From assembly GCA_947085325.1 (NCBI GenBank), contig CAMTVY010000006.1:68889-132888 (forward strand): 64,000 nt of DNA, given 5' to 3'. Shown here in pieces: positions 1-11,419 of the stretch (position 1 is the first letter of the stretch; each line of letters begins with the position of its first letter). Origin of the DNA: an uncultured Gammaproteobacteria bacterium. GTDB lineage: Bacteria > Pseudomonadota > Gammaproteobacteria > SURF-13. The notes beneath the pieces are model-generated. The model saw only the letters and a list, made by a program, of their open reading frames with translations, had not been told where the DNA came from and did not search any database. The translations under genes were made by a program, and so were the position numbers.

Positions 1-897
1 CACCGGCATATTCTCCAGCTGACCGAGACTGTCCAGCAAGGCGCGCTTGATTTCACGCGCCATGGCGGCGACATCCCGGTGCGCGCCGCCCAACGGCTCC
101 GGCACCACTTCGTCCACCAGGCCCAGCTTTTCCAGACGATCAGAGGTAATGCCCATGATTTCGGCGGCCTCGGGCGCCTTGGCGGCACTCTTCCAGAGGA
201 TGGAGGCGCAGCCTTCCGGCGAGATGACGGCGTAGGTGCTGTATTGCAGCATCATGACATGGTCGCCGACACCGATGGCCAGCGCGCCGCCGGAGCCGCC
301 TTCGCCCGTCACGGTGCAGATGATCGGCGTTTGCAGCGTACTCATGGCCATCAGGTTACGGGCAATGGCCTCGCTCTGGCCGCGCTCTTCCGCGCCCACG
401 CCCGGATAGGCGCCGGGGGTGTCGATGAAGGTGAAGATCGGCAAGCGGAAGCGCTCCGCCATTTGCATCAGACGCAGCGCCTTGCGGTAGCCCTCCGGGC
501 GCGGCATGCCGAAGTTGCGCCGCACTTTTTCCTTGGTATCCACACCCTTGACGGTGCCGATCAGCATGACCGGCCGCCCTTCCAGCCGTGCCACACCGCC
601 TACGACAGCCGCATCATCGCCGAAGCAGCGGTCGCCATGCAGTTCCTCGAAATCAGTAAAAATGCGCTCCACATAGTGCGGCATCTGGGGCCGTTGCGGG
701 TGGCGTGCGATCTGTGAAATCTGCCAGGATGTCAGTGACGCAAAGATGGATTCGGTGAGTTTGCGGCTCTTGGCCTCGATGCGGAGGATTTCATCGCTGA
801 GGTTGACCGCGTTGTCACTGTCAACATAACGCAGCTCGTCAATCTTGGCTTCAAGCTCGGCGATCGGCTGTTCAAAATCGAGAAAGTTGAGCTTCAT
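1..897 (-). CDS. accA: acetyl-CoA carboxylase carboxyltransferase alpha subunit (C-terminal end cut by window edge)
   Basis: Absent from the ORF track because it runs off the window. My minus-strand translation from ATG at 897 reads [25 protein letters not shown]..., the canonical AccA N-terminus, and the frame stays open to position 1. Confidence 0.9.
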   Translation of the reverse strand, partial: MKLNFLDFEQPIAELEAKIDELRYVDSDNAVNLSDEILRIEAKSRKLTESIFASLTSWQISQIARHPQRPQMPHYVERIFTDFEELHGDRCFGDDAAVVGGVARLEGRPVMLIGTVKGVDTKEKVRRNFGMPRPEGYRKALRLMQMAERFRLPIFTFIDTPGAYPGVGAEERGQSEAIARNLMAMSTLQTPIICTVTGEGGSGGALAIGVGDHVMMLQYSTYAVISPEGCASILWKSAAKAPEAAEIMGITSDRLEKLGLVDEVVPEPLGGAHRDVAAMAREIKRALLDSLGQLENMPV

Positions 898-914
898 GGA
901 CAGACGTCGCGCCT

Positions 915-3900
915 CTATGCAGCCGGGTGGTTATATACTACCTTGACGTGATCTTTCCCCACCAGCCCTTCGAGGCGGTGCAGCAGTTCATCCGTGGGAT
1001 GTACGCGCCATTCCTCGCCAAGCGCAAGGTCGGCATCGATCCTGCTGCCATTATACGCATTACGGTAACTTATCCATACCGGGCAGCCACCGTTGCGGAA
1101 TGGCGCCAGCAGCTCTGAAAGCTGGGCAGCAATGCCATTGTCTCCCCGGAGTGACTCGAGATCGATCACCAGCCGCTGCGCATGGCGCTCACGCGCCTGG
1201 TTAATGTCAGCGATACGCAGCGCACTCATCTTGTAGTTGCCCGTGTATTCATCCAGACTGACCTCGCCTTCGATTACCAGCAGCTTGTCCTTGGCAAGCA
1301 ACTCGCGGTGGCGCTGGTACACGTCGGCAAACACCGCAATCTCGACCCGCGCACTGCGGTCGTCCAGGGTAATGAACGCCATCCGCTCGCCGCGACGGTT
1401 ATTCATCACCCGGAGTGCCACCACCAAGCCGCCTACCGTAACGCTCTGGCCCTGTACCGGCCTGATGTCCGCCAGCGTGCAACTGGTAATGCTCGCCAGC
1501 TCTGCCCGATAACGCTCCACCGGGTGGCCGGTGAGATACAGCCCGAGCGTCTCTTTCTCATGCTGCAGACGCTCTCCCTCGCTCCATTCCTCCACAGTCA
1601 CAAACTGCAGGGTTTCAGGTGTGCGCCGTGCGCCTGCGCCGAACAGGTCGTCCTGCCCGGCGATACGATCGCGCAATTCACGCTCCGCAGCATTCAGCGC
1701 CAGCGGCAGGGTTGCAAACAGCGTGGCACGCCCAAGCCCCAGCGCATCCAGCGCGCCGGAACGGATCAGCGCCTCCAGCACGCGCCGGTTGGCCTTGCGC
1801 ATGTCGATGCGGCGGCAGAAATCAAACAGGTCAAGGAATTTTCCCTCCTTGCCGCGGTTTTCCAGCACGCCTTCAATGGCTGCCGCGCCCACGCCCTTGA
1901 TTGCGCCCAGCCCGTACAACAGCGTGCCGTCGTCATGCACGGTGAAGGCATGGTCGCAGCGATTGATATCGGGCGGCACGATGGTGAGATTCATGGCCCG
2001 ACATTCGTCCATCAGGGCCACGATCTTGTCGGTATTGTCCATATCGGCCGACAATACCGCCGCCATAAATGCCGCCGGGTAATGCGCCTTGAGCCAGGCC
2101 GTCTGGTAGGCGATCAGGGCATACGCCACGGAATGCGATTTATTGAAGCCGTAGTCTGCGAACTTTTCCATCAAATCGAAGATGTGAGTCGCCGCAGCTG
2201 GCTTGACGCCGTGCGCTGACGCGCCCTGCATGAAGATGTCGCGCTGCTTGGCCATTTCGGCCGGCTTCTTTTTGCCCATCGCACGCCGCAGCATATCCGC
2301 AGCGCCGAGTGTATACCCCGCCAGCACCTGCGCAATCTGCATCACCTGCTCCTGATACAGGATCACGCCGTAGGTCGGCTTGAGTATCGGCACCAGATCG
2401 GGGTGCGGGTACTCCACCCGTGCCTTGCCGTGCTTGCGGTTGATAAAGTCATCCACCATGCCGGACTGTAGTGGGCCGGGCCGGAACAATGCCACCAGAG
2501 CCACGATTTCGTCAAACCGGTCAGGCTGCAGCCGCTTGATGAGGTCGCGCATGCCACGTGATTCCAGCTGGAATACGGCGCTGGTGGCACAGGACTTCAG
2601 CAGATCAAACGTGGCCTTGTCGTCCAGCACCAGCCGGGCGATATCAACCTCGACGCCGCGCCGGCGCAGATTCTTCACTGTCCAGTCAATGATGGTGAGT
2701 GTGCGCAAGCCGAGAAAATCGAACTTGACCAGCCCGACGGCCTCGATATCGTCCTTGTCGAACTGGGTCACGCAGACCTCCGCCCCCTGCTCACAATACA
2801 GCGGCGTAAAGTCGGTGAGCGCAGAAGGCGCAATCACCAGTCCGCCTGCGTGTTTGCCTGCGTTGCGGGTGATGCCTTCGAGTTTACGCGCAAGGTCGAT
2901 CAGGGTGCGTGCTTCATCTTCGTTTTCACACCGCTCACGCAGGGCCGGCTCCTGCTTGAGCGCGCCCTCCAGCGTAATGCCCAGCTCAAACGGGATCAGC
3001 TTGGCGATGGTATCGACATAGCCGTAGGGCAAACCCAGCACGCGGCCCACGTCGCGCACCACCGCCTTTGCCGCCATGCTGCCGTAGGTGATGATTTGCG
3101 ATACGCGTTCGCGCCCGTAGCGCCGGGCCACATAGTCAATTACCTCATCGCGGCGCTCCATGCAGAAATCAATATCAAAGTCCGGCAACGAGATACGCTC
3201 CGGATTAAGAAAGCGCTCAAACAACAGTCCGTGATAGATCGGGTCAACATCTGTAATGCCCAGCACATAGGCGACCAGCGAACCCGCCCCCGAACCACGC
3301 CCGGGCCCCACAGGGATGCCGCTATCCTTGGCCCAGCGTATAAAGTCCGCCACGATCAGGAAGTAGCCCGCGAAACCCATCCGGTTGATGACGTCGAGCT
3401 CGGTCGCAAGCCGGGCCTGGTAGTCATCGGCAGGCACAGTGGCCGCCTGCGGCAAGGCCGCCAGCCGTAGCTGCAACCCTCGCTGGGCCTCCGCATGCAG
3501 ATAGTGCTCAAGCGTAACACCAGCCGGCACCGGGAAATCGGGCATATAATTTTCGCCCAATCGCAGGCCGAGATTGCAGCGGCGCGTGATTTCCAGCGTG
3601 TTCTCCAGCGCCTCCGGCAGATCGGAAAACAGCTCCATCATTTCCTCGGCACTGCGCAGATACTGCTGCTCGGTGTAATGACGTGGCCGACGCGGATCGG
3701 CCAGGGTACGGCCTTCATGGATGCAGGCGCGCGCCTCATGCGCCTCAAAATCGTCCCGCGCCAGAAAGCGTACGTCATTGGTGGCCACTACCGGGGTCTG
3801 CGTCGCCAGCGCGAGTTGCACCGTTGCATGCAGGCAGTCTTCCTCGCCTTCGCGCCCGGTACGGCTCAGTTCGAGATAAAAGCGTCCCGGAAACAGCTCC

Positions 3901-4370
3901 AGCCATTCCCGCAGCAGCTCTTGCGCCCGGGTGTGTTGCTGCGCCAGCAGCGCCTGGCCGATGTCCCCTGCATGTCCGCCGGAGAGTGCTATCAAGCCCT
4001 CGCTCGCGCCGGTAAACCATTCCTTCTGCAGCGTGGGCGCGCCCTGCTGTTGGCCTTCGGTATAGCTGCGCGTGACGAGGCGCGTGAGATTGCGGTAACC
4101 GCACTCATTTTGGCACAGCAGCACGAGCCGTCCCGGTACCGTATTTCCGCTGCGCCGCACCCACACATCCACACCGATAATCGGCTTGATGCCGGCCTGC
4201 ATCGCCGCACGGTAGAACTTTACCATCGCGAACAGATTGCACTGATCGGTCAGCGCTACCGCCGGCATGCCGCTTGCGCGCAAGGCCTGCATCAAGGGCT
4301 CAATGCGTACGGTTCCATCGATCAGCGAATATTCGGTATGCAGCCGCAAATGAACAAAGCCAGCTTTCAT
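915..4370 (-). CDS. dnaE: DNA polymerase III alpha subunit
   Basis: ORF 915-4433. The PHP-domain N-terminus [19 protein letters not shown] starts at the internal ATG 4370, which overlaps the rnhB stop as ATGA. About 1150 aa with Pol III alpha-like sequence throughout. Confidence 0.95.
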   Translation of the reverse strand: MKAGFVHLRLHTEYSLIDGTVRIEPLMQALRASGMPAVALTDQCNLFAMVKFYRAAMQAGIKPIIGVDVWVRRSGNTVPGRLVLLCQNECGYRNLTRLVTRSYTEGQQQGAPTLQKEWFTGASEGLIALSGGHAGDIGQALLAQQHTRAQELLREWLELFPGRFYLELSRTGREGEEDCLHATVQLALATQTPVVATNDVRFLARDDFEAHEARACIHEGRTLADPRRPRHYTEQQYLRSAEEMMELFSDLPEALENTLEITRRCNLGLRLGENYMPDFPVPAGVTLEHYLHAEAQRGLQLRLAALPQAATVPADDYQARLATELDVINRMGFAGYFLIVADFIRWAKDSGIPVGPGRGSGAGSLVAYVLGITDVDPIYHGLLFERFLNPERISLPDFDIDFCMERRDEVIDYVARRYGRERVSQIITYGSMAAKAVVRDVGRVLGLPYGYVDTIAKLIPFELGITLEGALKQEPALRERCENEDEARTLIDLARKLEGITRNAGKHAGGLVIAPSALTDFTPLYCEQGAEVCVTQFDKDDIEAVGLVKFDFLGLRTLTIIDWTVKNLRRRGVEVDIARLVLDDKATFDLLKSCATSAVFQLESRGMRDLIKRLQPDRFDEIVALVALFRPGPLQSGMVDDFINRKHGKARVEYPHPDLVPILKPTYGVILYQEQVMQIAQVLAGYTLGAADMLRRAMGKKKPAEMAKQRDIFMQGASAHGVKPAAATHIFDLMEKFADYGFNKSHSVAYALIAYQTAWLKAHYPAAFMAAVLSADMDNTDKIVALMDECRAMNLTIVPPDINRCDHAFTVHDDGTLLYGLGAIKGVGAAAIEGVLENRGKEGKFLDLFDFCRRIDMRKANRRVLEALIRSGALDALGLGRATLFATLPLALNAAERELRDRIAGQDDLFGAGARRTPETLQFVTVEEWSEGERLQHEKETLGLYLTGHPVERYRAELASITSCTLADIRPVQGQSVTVGGLVVALRVMNNRRGERMAFITLDDRSARVEIAVFADVYQRHRELLAKDKLLVIEGEVSLDEYTGNYKMSALRIADINQARERHAQRLVIDLESLRGDNGIAAQLSELLAPFRNGGCPVWISYRNAYNGSRIDADLALGEEWRVHPTDELLHRLEGLVGKDHVKVVYNHPAA

Positions 4371-4993
4371 GGAGCACCCTTGCCCGCGAGCTGTGCGCGT
4401 ACCGGCGCAAATGAACGCCGATGCGCCACACATGCACCCAGGTTACGTAATGCTTCCAGATGCTGTGCCGTGCCATAGCCCTTGTGTTGCGCGAAGCCAT
4501 AGCCCGGATGGCGGCCGTCGAGCTCTGCCATGAGCCCGTCACGCTCCACCTTGGCAATGATCGATGCCGCGCTGATCGAAGCCACAGTGACATCACCTTT
4601 GATAACTGTAATCACGGGGCAGGCCACCGCCGGGCTTACGTTACCGTCGACCAGCACATAGTCCGGCGTAACAGTCAGCGCGGCAATCGCACGCTGCATG
4701 GCAAGCAGCGTGGCGCGCCCGATATTCAATTGATCTATCTCGCTCACCGAGGCCATCCCGAATGCCCAGGCAGTCGCTGAGGCGCGTATCCGCAGGGCAA
4801 GCGCTTCACGTACCTCTCGCGTCAGTTTTTTTGAATCCGCCAGCCCCACGATGCCATGGCCCGGCGCAAGAATCACGGCCGCTGCCAACACCGGCCCTGC
4901 CAGCGGGCCTCGCCCGACTTCATCGACGCCTGCGACCAGACCGTCGGGCACCGGGAAACTGAAATCCCCCTGCCTGTCAGCATCATGGTTCAT
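4367..4993 (-). CDS. rnhB: ribonuclease HII
   Basis: Has the [14 protein letters not shown] and DSKKL motifs. 208 aa. 4-nt overlaps with both neighbours. Confidence 0.93.
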   Translation of the reverse strand: MNHDADRQGDFSFPVPDGLVAGVDEVGRGPLAGPVLAAAVILAPGHGIVGLADSKKLTREVREALALRIRASATAWAFGMASVSEIDQLNIGRATLLAMQRAIAALTVTPDYVLVDGNVSPAVACPVITVIKGDVTVASISAASIIAKVERDGLMAELDGRHPGYGFAQHKGYGTAQHLEALRNLGACVAHRRSFAPVRAQLAGKGAP

Positions 4994-6147
4994 GTCCGGC
5001 GCAACAGCCCCAGCACGGCAGTGGCAGCAGCTGTGTCAGCATTGCAACGCAGGGCGTGATGAATGCGATCAAACGCACTCTGCATGGCACTCAGTTGCGG
5101 GGCATCCAGACAGGCCAGCAGTGCGGGCCCCAGATTTTCCGCCGTCACCTGTTCCTGGCTGAACTCCGGCACCAGTGCGGAGCCTGCCAGCAGGTTGGGC
5201 AGCGAGAAATACGGCACCTTCAGCATGCGGCGCGCGATCCACGCGGTCAGCGGCGCCATGCGATAGGCGACCACCATGGGCCGCCGCAACAGCAGCGCTT
5301 CCAGCGTGGCGGTACCGGAGGCGATGAGAGCCGCATCGGCGCTACGCAGGGCATCCTGCGTCCTGCCATCGACAAGAGTAATCGGCAGGCGTGGCGCATG
5401 CTGCGCCAGCGCCTGCTCAAACAGTGTGCGCGTCTGCGCACTGGCCTGTGGCGCGATGAAATGCAGTTCAGGCCGTTGTGCCACGCACCAGGCCGCTGCC
5501 TGTATGAACGGCACAGCCAGACGATTCAGCTCGGTTTCACGACTGCCCGGCAACACTGCAATTACCGGCACATCCGCCGGTAAGCCGAATTCACGCCGTA
5601 GCCGTAGCCGTAGCGCTGCATCGTCTGCTGCAGGCGGGGCTATGATGTCCGCAAGCGGGTGGCCGACAAAGCGCGACGGCACCGAGTGGCCCGCCTGCGC
5701 CGCGTAGAAATCGGCCTCGAAGGGAAACAAGGTCAACATGAGGTCTACCGAACGCTCTATCGTGCGTACACGATAGTTGCGCCAGGCCCATACCGACGGG
5801 CTGACATAATGTACGGTGCGTATGCCGGTACGCTTGAGCCCACGCTCAAGCCTCAGATTGAAATCCGGCGCATCAATGCCGATAAAAATATCCGGCGGAT
5901 TCTCGGTAAAGTGGCGCAGCAGTTGCGCCCTGATTTTAAGCAGCTCAAACAAACGGCCGAGTACTTCGGTAATGCCCATGACGGCAAGTTTGTGTGCCGG
6001 ATAGAGTACATGGCACCCCTGCTCTGCCATGCGCGGGCCGGCGATACCCTCAAACACGGCATCGGGGTGGCGCGCCCTGATGGCCCGGATCAGCCCCGCA
6101 CCCAGAATATCCCCGGACGCCTCGCCTGCAACAATACCAATACGCAT
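4990..6147 (-). CDS. lpxB: lipid-A-disaccharide synthase
   Basis: N-terminus [20 protein letters not shown] is typical of LpxB. 385 aa. Sits in the conserved lpxD-fabZ-lpxA-lpxB-rnhB order. Confidence 0.93.
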   Translation of the reverse strand: MRIGIVAGEASGDILGAGLIRAIRARHPDAVFEGIAGPRMAEQGCHVLYPAHKLAVMGITEVLGRLFELLKIRAQLLRHFTENPPDIFIGIDAPDFNLRLERGLKRTGIRTVHYVSPSVWAWRNYRVRTIERSVDLMLTLFPFEADFYAAQAGHSVPSRFVGHPLADIIAPPAADDAALRLRLRREFGLPADVPVIAVLPGSRETELNRLAVPFIQAAAWCVAQRPELHFIAPQASAQTRTLFEQALAQHAPRLPITLVDGRTQDALRSADAALIASGTATLEALLLRRPMVVAYRMAPLTAWIARRMLKVPYFSLPNLLAGSALVPEFSQEQVTAENLGPALLACLDAPQLSAMQSAFDRIHHALRCNADTAAATAVLGLLRRT

Positions 6148-6154
6148 TTAACGG

Positions 6155-6230
6155 CAGATACAAGAGAAAAGAGAAAAGAGAAAAGTAGTGCCCTTTCTCC
6201 TTTCCGCTTTTCTCTTATGTCTTTTCTCTG
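6155..6230. repeat. long imperfect hairpin with (GAGAAAA)x3 purine arm and pyrimidine-rich counter-arm in the lpxA-lpxB gap
   Basis: GAGAAAA occurs exactly three times at 6164-6184. Pairing 6155-6185 against 6200-6230 by hand gives 25 of 31 positions paired. Confidence 0.7.
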
Positions 6231-7001
6231 TCATCTGACAATTCCGCGTGTCGCGCGTTCCAGAAAGGCCACCAGCACACCCATCTCGGGGCACTCGTGT
6301 TGCATCTCTTTAAGGCGCACAACTGCCTGCACTACTGTGAGTTTGGATTTATAGAGTATCTTGTACGCCTCGCGCAGGTGGCGCAGCGTTTCTGCGCTGA
6401 AGCCGCGACGTTTAAGCCCTTCGCTATTAAGGCCATGAGCACGCGCCATGTTGCCGGAAACCATGGTATAGGGCAGCACATCCTTGGAAATCACGCTACC
6501 CATGCCGCAAAAGCAGTGTGCGCCAATGGCGCAGAACTGGTGCACCAGCGTGAAACCGCCCAGTATGGCATAATCCTCTACCGTCACATGTCCGGCAAGC
6601 GACGCCGAATTGGCAAAGATGGTCTGGTGACCCACTGTGCAGTCATGCGCAATGTGCACATAGGCCATGATCCAGTTGTCATTGCCTACCTGCGTCATGC
6701 CGCCGCCCTGTACGGTACCGCGGCTCATGGTGCAGTGTTCGCGTATGATATTGCGATCACCGATCGTGAGGAGGGTGTCTTCACCCGCGTATTTTTTGTC
6801 CTGCGGTTCCTCGCCGAGCGAAGCAAACTGAAACACCCGGTTGTCGCATCCGATACGGGTGCGGCCCGTGATGACCACGTGCGGGCCGATCCATGTGCCA
6901 GCCCCGATCTCGACCTGTGCACCGATGATGGAATAGGCGCCTATGCTCACGCCGGGGCCGAGTTTTGCGCCCGGCTCAACAATGGCACGTGCATCAACCA
7001 T
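6231..7001 (-). CDS. lpxA: acyl-ACP--UDP-N-acetylglucosamine O-acyltransferase
   Basis: ORF 6231-7097. The likely start is the internal ATG at 7001 (MVDARAIVEPGAKLG...), just downstream of the fabZ stop. Hexapeptide repeats and FASLGEEPQDKKYAGE are present. Confidence 0.92.
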   Translation of the reverse strand: MVDARAIVEPGAKLGPGVSIGAYSIIGAQVEIGAGTWIGPHVVITGRTRIGCDNRVFQFASLGEEPQDKKYAGEDTLLTIGDRNIIREHCTMSRGTVQGGGMTQVGNDNWIMAYVHIAHDCTVGHQTIFANSASLAGHVTVEDYAILGGFTLVHQFCAIGAHCFCGMGSVISKDVLPYTMVSGNMARAHGLNSEGLKRRGFSAETLRHLREAYKILYKSKLTVVQAVVRLKEMQHECPEMGVLVAFLERATRGIVR

Positions 7002-7015
7002 GGTCTGCCCCACCG

Positions 7016-7459
7016 TCAAACTTCCTTGCGGGCGCACATCAGGTTGGCATTTGCCACCAGCCTGCCCTCCACCTTCGCCTCGGCGGAAAATTTCCACAAA
7101 CCGCGCATATTGCGCTCCGCGCGCACCTCGATAATCAGCTGGTCACCCGGTACCACAGGTTGCTTGAAGCGTGCGTCATCGATGCCCACCAGATAGTAAA
7201 GCAGGTGCTCACTGGGGCGTGTCTGCGTGGTGCGAAATGCCAGTATGCCGGTGGCTTGCGCCATGGCCTCCAGTATCATCACGCCCGGCATTACCGGACG
7301 ATGCGGGAAGTGGCCCTGGAAAAAAGGCTCATTGACGGTGACATTCTTGACCGCCGTCAGTGACTCGCCGGGCGTACAGTTGAGTACGCGATCGATCAGC
7401 AGGAAGGGATAGCGATGCGGCAAGTATTGCAGCACTTCGTGAATGTCCATGCTGCTCAT
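7016..7459 (-). CDS. fabZ: 3-hydroxyacyl-ACP dehydratase
   Basis: [13 protein letters not shown] motif, 147 aa, conserved position. Confidence 0.94.
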   Translation of the reverse strand: MSSMDIHEVLQYLPHRYPFLLIDRVLNCTPGESLTAVKNVTVNEPFFQGHFPHRPVMPGVMILEAMAQATGILAFRTTQTRPSEHLLYYLVGIDDARFKQPVVPGDQLIIEVRAERNMRGLWKFSAEAKVEGRLVANANLMCARKEV

Positions 7460-8505
7460 GTGGATCCCTTTTTTTTAGTGTTTCTGCTGCGCTTGGCAGG
7501 TGTGTGTTCCAGCGCGCTCAGACGCTCGTTCACTCTATCCAGCCGCCGCAAGCGAGCAAGATGCTTGTTCCAGACCGCTACCGGCTCGGCAGGAACACTG
7601 GAGGAATAGACGCCAGACGTGCGTATGGATTTGCTTACCAGCGACATACCGGTAACCGTTACATCATCTGCGATCTCCAGATGACCGGCAATACCTGCGC
7701 CACCGCCAATACGGCAACGCTGGCCAATGTGTGCACTGCCGGCAATCCCTACGCACCCTGCAATTGCCGTATGTGCACCAATATGGACGTTGTGCGCCAC
7801 CTGTATCTGATTATCCAGTTTGACACCCTCGCCTATGACGGTATCGTCGAGTGCACCACGATCAATGGTGGTATTGGCGCCGATCTCGACGTCATCGCCG
7901 ATGCGCACACGCCCGAGTTGTGGAATCTTGACCCAGACCCCATGATCGTTAGCCAGCCCGAATCCGTCACTGCCGATCACCGCTCCAGGGTGAATCAGCA
8001 CGCGACGGCCGATGATGCTGTCATGACAGACAGTAACCTGCGCTACCAGCCGGGAGTCTGCGCCTATGCTGGCACCGGCCTCGACCACGCAGCCCGGGCC
8101 CAGCTGGACATTGGGCCCCAGCGATACGCCGGCCTCGATGACACACTGCGGACCAACCCAGGCGCTCTCATCAATTCGTGCCTGCGGACTGACCCAGGCC
8201 GCAGGGTGTACACCCTGCTTTCCCGGCTGTACTGTCAGCAGGGTGGCGGCGCGCGCATAGGCCAACTCGGGATCAGATACGATCAGTACAGCGACCGGGC
8301 AGTGAGGGGCATTCTGTGCTGTAAGGATAACCGCAGAGGCACGGGTATGAGACAAGTATTTGCGGTAGCGCTCGCTACCTGCGAGATAGCTTAGTTCACC
8401 TGACGTTGCACGCTCCAGCGGTGCGAGTCCATGAATGACACAGCCTGCATCACCACGGACTTCGGCACCAATATGGCGGGCGATCTCAGCGAGGATGCGG
8501 CCCAC
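7456..8505 (-). CDS. lpxD: UDP-3-O-acylglucosamine N-acyltransferase
   Basis: 349 aa with left-handed beta-helix hexapeptide repeats. Lies between skp and fabZ. Confidence 0.92.
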   Translation of the reverse strand: MGRILAEIARHIGAEVRGDAGCVIHGLAPLERATSGELSYLAGSERYRKYLSHTRASAVILTAQNAPHCPVAVLIVSDPELAYARAATLLTVQPGKQGVHPAAWVSPQARIDESAWVGPQCVIEAGVSLGPNVQLGPGCVVEAGASIGADSRLVAQVTVCHDSIIGRRVLIHPGAVIGSDGFGLANDHGVWVKIPQLGRVRIGDDVEIGANTTIDRGALDDTVIGEGVKLDNQIQVAHNVHIGAHTAIAGCVGIAGSAHIGQRCRIGGGAGIAGHLEIADDVTVTGMSLVSKSIRTSGVYSSSVPAEPVAVWNKHLARLRRLDRVNERLSALEHTPAKRSRNTKKKGST

Positions 8506-8517
8506 TGAACACCACCA

Positions 8518-9069
8518 TTACTGCTTGGGTACGGCAGTTTGGGGGCCGCCGTTCTTGCTTGCCTCCATCGGCGCCGCTTTGAGACGCGCCATTACCTTGT
8601 CGGTGATATCAATACGTTCGCTCGAGTAGATTGCGCCATCGCCTATGATGAGATCGTAGCTCTCCTGCTTTGCCAATGCCACGATGGCTTCATACACCAG
8701 CTTCTGCAGTTTTGAAAACTCTTCATTACGGCGAATATTGAAATCCTCGCGCGCCTCATCCTGTTCACGCTTCATATCGCGGCGCAGGGCGTTGATATTA
8801 CGCTCAGCCTTGGCGCGCTCGACATCGCTCATTACCGCAGCGTCCTTGTTGATCTTGTCTTCCAGGGTCTTGAGTTCTTTCTGGCCATCAATCAGCTTTT
8901 TGTTCCGCGCAGAAAATTCCTTTTCCAGCTTGTTGCGTGCAGCATCCGCCTGCGGAGCCTCCTCCAGTATCTTGGCCGCATTGACGAATCCAAGCTTGAG
9001 CTCGGCTGCGGAGGCCACTCCAGTCCAGACCAACATCGCCGCAACTGCAATCATTACATATCTTTTCAA
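8518..9069 (-). CDS. skp: periplasmic chaperone Skp (OmpH family)
   Basis: Signal peptide followed by a Lys/Glu-rich coiled-coil region. Lies immediately downstream of bamA. Confidence 0.88.
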   Translation of the reverse strand: MKRYVMIAVAAMLVWTGVASAAELKLGFVNAAKILEEAPQADAARNKLEKEFSARNKKLIDGQKELKTLEDKINKDAAVMSDVERAKAERNINALRRDMKREQDEAREDFNIRRNEEFSKLQKLVYEAIVALAKQESYDLIIGDGAIYSSERIDITDKVMARLKAAPMEASKNGGPQTAVPKQ

Positions 9070-9084
9070 ATGCCTACTCCTGAG

Positions 9085-11376
9085 TTAAAAAAGTGAGCCC
9101 AGCGTAAACTGGAAGCTCTGTTCGTCGTCTCCCGGCCCGCTATTTAATGGCTGCGCCACACTGACGGTCAAGGGACCCAGCGGTGACAGCCACACGGCTG
9201 ACAAACCGCTCGAGTAGCGCAGCTCGCCTGCCTCAAACCCTTCATCACCGTAAACATTTCCTATGTCCACAAAAAAACTCAAACGAACCGACTTGCTATC
9301 CTTGACAAAGGGTACCGGAAAAAACACCTCTGCATTTCCCACCACCTTTAAGTCGCCACCCAGTGGCCGGCCATCAGGACCAGCACCTCTGGGGCCGAGT
9401 GTATTATCCTTGAAACCGCGCACCGAACGGCTGCCCCCCGCAAAAAAATTCTCAAAGAACGGGAGCTCTGGAGTATCGCCAAAGCTTTTACCATAGCCGA
9501 CATCGCCATTCAGCGACAGGGTCCAGTATTTCGCCAGCGGGTACAGAAGCAGATGCCGGTAGCTGACTTTGTAATATTCCAGATTGGTGCCTGGCGCAGT
9601 CATTTCGGCATTCAGGTTCTGGAGCACGCCTTCATCGGCAAACACAGAGCGGTTGCGCGTGTCGTGCGACCACCCTGCGGTCAGTTTTATTGTAGCAAAC
9701 TCCTCTCGGCCGGCGGCAGTGAGGAAGTCGGTATATTCCGTGGGTGTTGAGGCACCGGTGTTAATGCGGGTGCCTTCGTAGCCCGCACTCAGGCGCACGC
9801 TGTCATATTCGTTCAGCGGAATACCGTAGTTGACAAAAGCACCTTGCACGTCGGTGCTGTACCTGGATATGTTGGCGTTGCTGGCATCCGTAGTTCTGTA
9901 AAACAGGCTAAAGCCGCGGCTGATGCCGTCCGGCGTATGGTACGGATTGGTGTAGGCGAAACTGTACACCGTATTGACCCGGCTGTTGTTGAAGGCTGCG
10001 CTCACATGCTTGCCGCTGCCGAGGAAGTTGTCCTGGCTGATGCTGGTATTGAAAATGATACCCTGGCTCTGCGAAAAACCCAGGCCAGCCAGCAGGTTGC
10101 CGGAAGGTTTCTCCACCACCGCGAAATTCACATCCACCTGATCCGTGGTGCCGGCTACCGCCGGTGTTTCCACATTCACCTCTTCGAAGTAACCGAGCTT
10201 GTCCAGGCGCACGCGCGAGCGCTTGACCTTCTCCGTCGATATCCATGCACTCTCCAACTGCCGCATCTCGCGCCGCAGCACTTCATCTCGCGTCTTGGTA
10301 TTACCGGCCACGTTGATACGCCGCACATATACCCGCTTACCCGGATCCACAAAAAAAGTCAGCCCCACCTGCTTGCCCGCCTGGTCAATCTCCGGAATGG
10401 CATTGACATTGGCAAAGGCATAGCCCTCATCACCCAGTCGCTCAATCAGCTTGGTGGTGGTGTCGGTTGCACTCTTGCGCGAGAATATTTCGCCCGGCTT
10501 CACCGCCACCAGCGCCTCCAGCTCGGCCTCTGGCAGCACCAGATCGCCTGCCAACTTGACGTCTCTTACCGTAAACTTGTCACCCTCGGTTACATTGATG
10601 GTAATGTAAATGTCTTTCTTGTCCGGGGTGATGGAAACCTGCGTAGAGTTGATGGAGAAATTGATATAGCCGCGATCCAGGTAGAATGAACGCAAGGTCT
10701 CCAGATCAGCGGACAGTTTCTGCTTCGAGTATTGGTCGCCCCCGGTATAAAACGAAAGCGTGCTCGTGGTGCCCGACTGGAAATCCGCCAGCAAGTCGTC
10801 ATCGCTAAAGCTGTCATTGCCGATGACGTTGATCTCGCGTATACGTGCAGCACGGCCCTCCGAAATATCAATCGCAATGCCGACACGATTGCGTTCCAGC
10901 GGTGTGGCGGTGGCAGCAATCTCTACACCGTATTTGCCACGGCTGAAATACTGGCGCTTGAGCTCCTGCTCGGCCCGATCCAGCAGCGCCCGGTCAAAGG
11001 TCAGGCCCTCGCCGAGGCCTTGCTCCTTCAGAGCCTTGACGAGCTGATCGGTGTTTATGTCCTTGTTGCCGGTGATCTTGATGCTGGCGATAGCGGGTCG
11101 CTCGGTGACGAACACGACCAGCACGTCGCCCTCACGCTCCAGTCGCACATCATTGAAGAAGCCGGTCTTGAACAGGGCGCGTATGGCCTCGCTGGCGCGC
11201 GCATCGTCCATGGTTTCACCCACCTTCACCGGCAGATAATTGAACACCGTGCCGGCCGCGATGCGTTGTAAACCTTCCAGCCGGATGTCCTGCACCATGA
11301 AGGGTTCCATTGCCCACACCGGTACGGCGATCAAGCACCACAACCCCAATAGCCCTGTCCGCAGCAGTTTACGCAT
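9085..11376 (-). CDS. bamA: outer membrane protein assembly factor BamA
   Basis: ORF 9085-11430. The likely start is ATG 11376 (MRKLLRTGLLGLWCLIAVPVWA signal peptide). POTRA repeats and a C-terminal beta-barrel are present. Confidence 0.93.
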   Translation of the reverse strand: MRKLLRTGLLGLWCLIAVPVWAMEPFMVQDIRLEGLQRIAAGTVFNYLPVKVGETMDDARASEAIRALFKTGFFNDVRLEREGDVLVVFVTERPAIASIKITGNKDINTDQLVKALKEQGLGEGLTFDRALLDRAEQELKRQYFSRGKYGVEIAATATPLERNRVGIAIDISEGRAARIREINVIGNDSFSDDDLLADFQSGTTSTLSFYTGGDQYSKQKLSADLETLRSFYLDRGYINFSINSTQVSITPDKKDIYITINVTEGDKFTVRDVKLAGDLVLPEAELEALVAVKPGEIFSRKSATDTTTKLIERLGDEGYAFANVNAIPEIDQAGKQVGLTFFVDPGKRVYVRRINVAGNTKTRDEVLRREMRQLESAWISTEKVKRSRVRLDKLGYFEEVNVETPAVAGTTDQVDVNFAVVEKPSGNLLAGLGFSQSQGIIFNTSISQDNFLGSGKHVSAAFNNSRVNTVYSFAYTNPYHTPDGISRGFSLFYRTTDASNANISRYSTDVQGAFVNYGIPLNEYDSVRLSAGYEGTRINTGASTPTEYTDFLTAAGREEFATIKLTAGWSHDTRNRSVFADEGVLQNLNAEMTAPGTNLEYYKVSYRHLLLYPLAKYWTLSLNGDVGYGKSFGDTPELPFFENFFAGGSRSVRGFKDNTLGPRGAGPDGRPLGGDLKVVGNAEVFFPVPFVKDSKSVRLSFFVDIGNVYGDEGFEAGELRYSSGLSAVWLSPLGPLTVSVAQPLNSGPGDDEQSFQFTLGSLF

Positions 11377-11419
11377 CACGCACCCATTATTGTTCAACGT
11401 CACCCACTTGCTGTACGGC

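Noticed and set aside
4367-4370. Series of 4-nt ATGA/GTGA start-stop overlaps (dnaE/rnhB, rnhB/lpxB, fabZ/lpxD, rseP/dxr, dxr/cdsA, hisZ/purA, tsaE/nnr).
   Set aside because: This is ordinary translational coupling in compact operons and is not unusual.
6164-6184. Tandem short repeats as a possible CRISPR or VNTR.
   Set aside because: The unit is only 7 nt with three copies, has no spacers, and forms part of a hairpin arm. It is not a CRISPR array.
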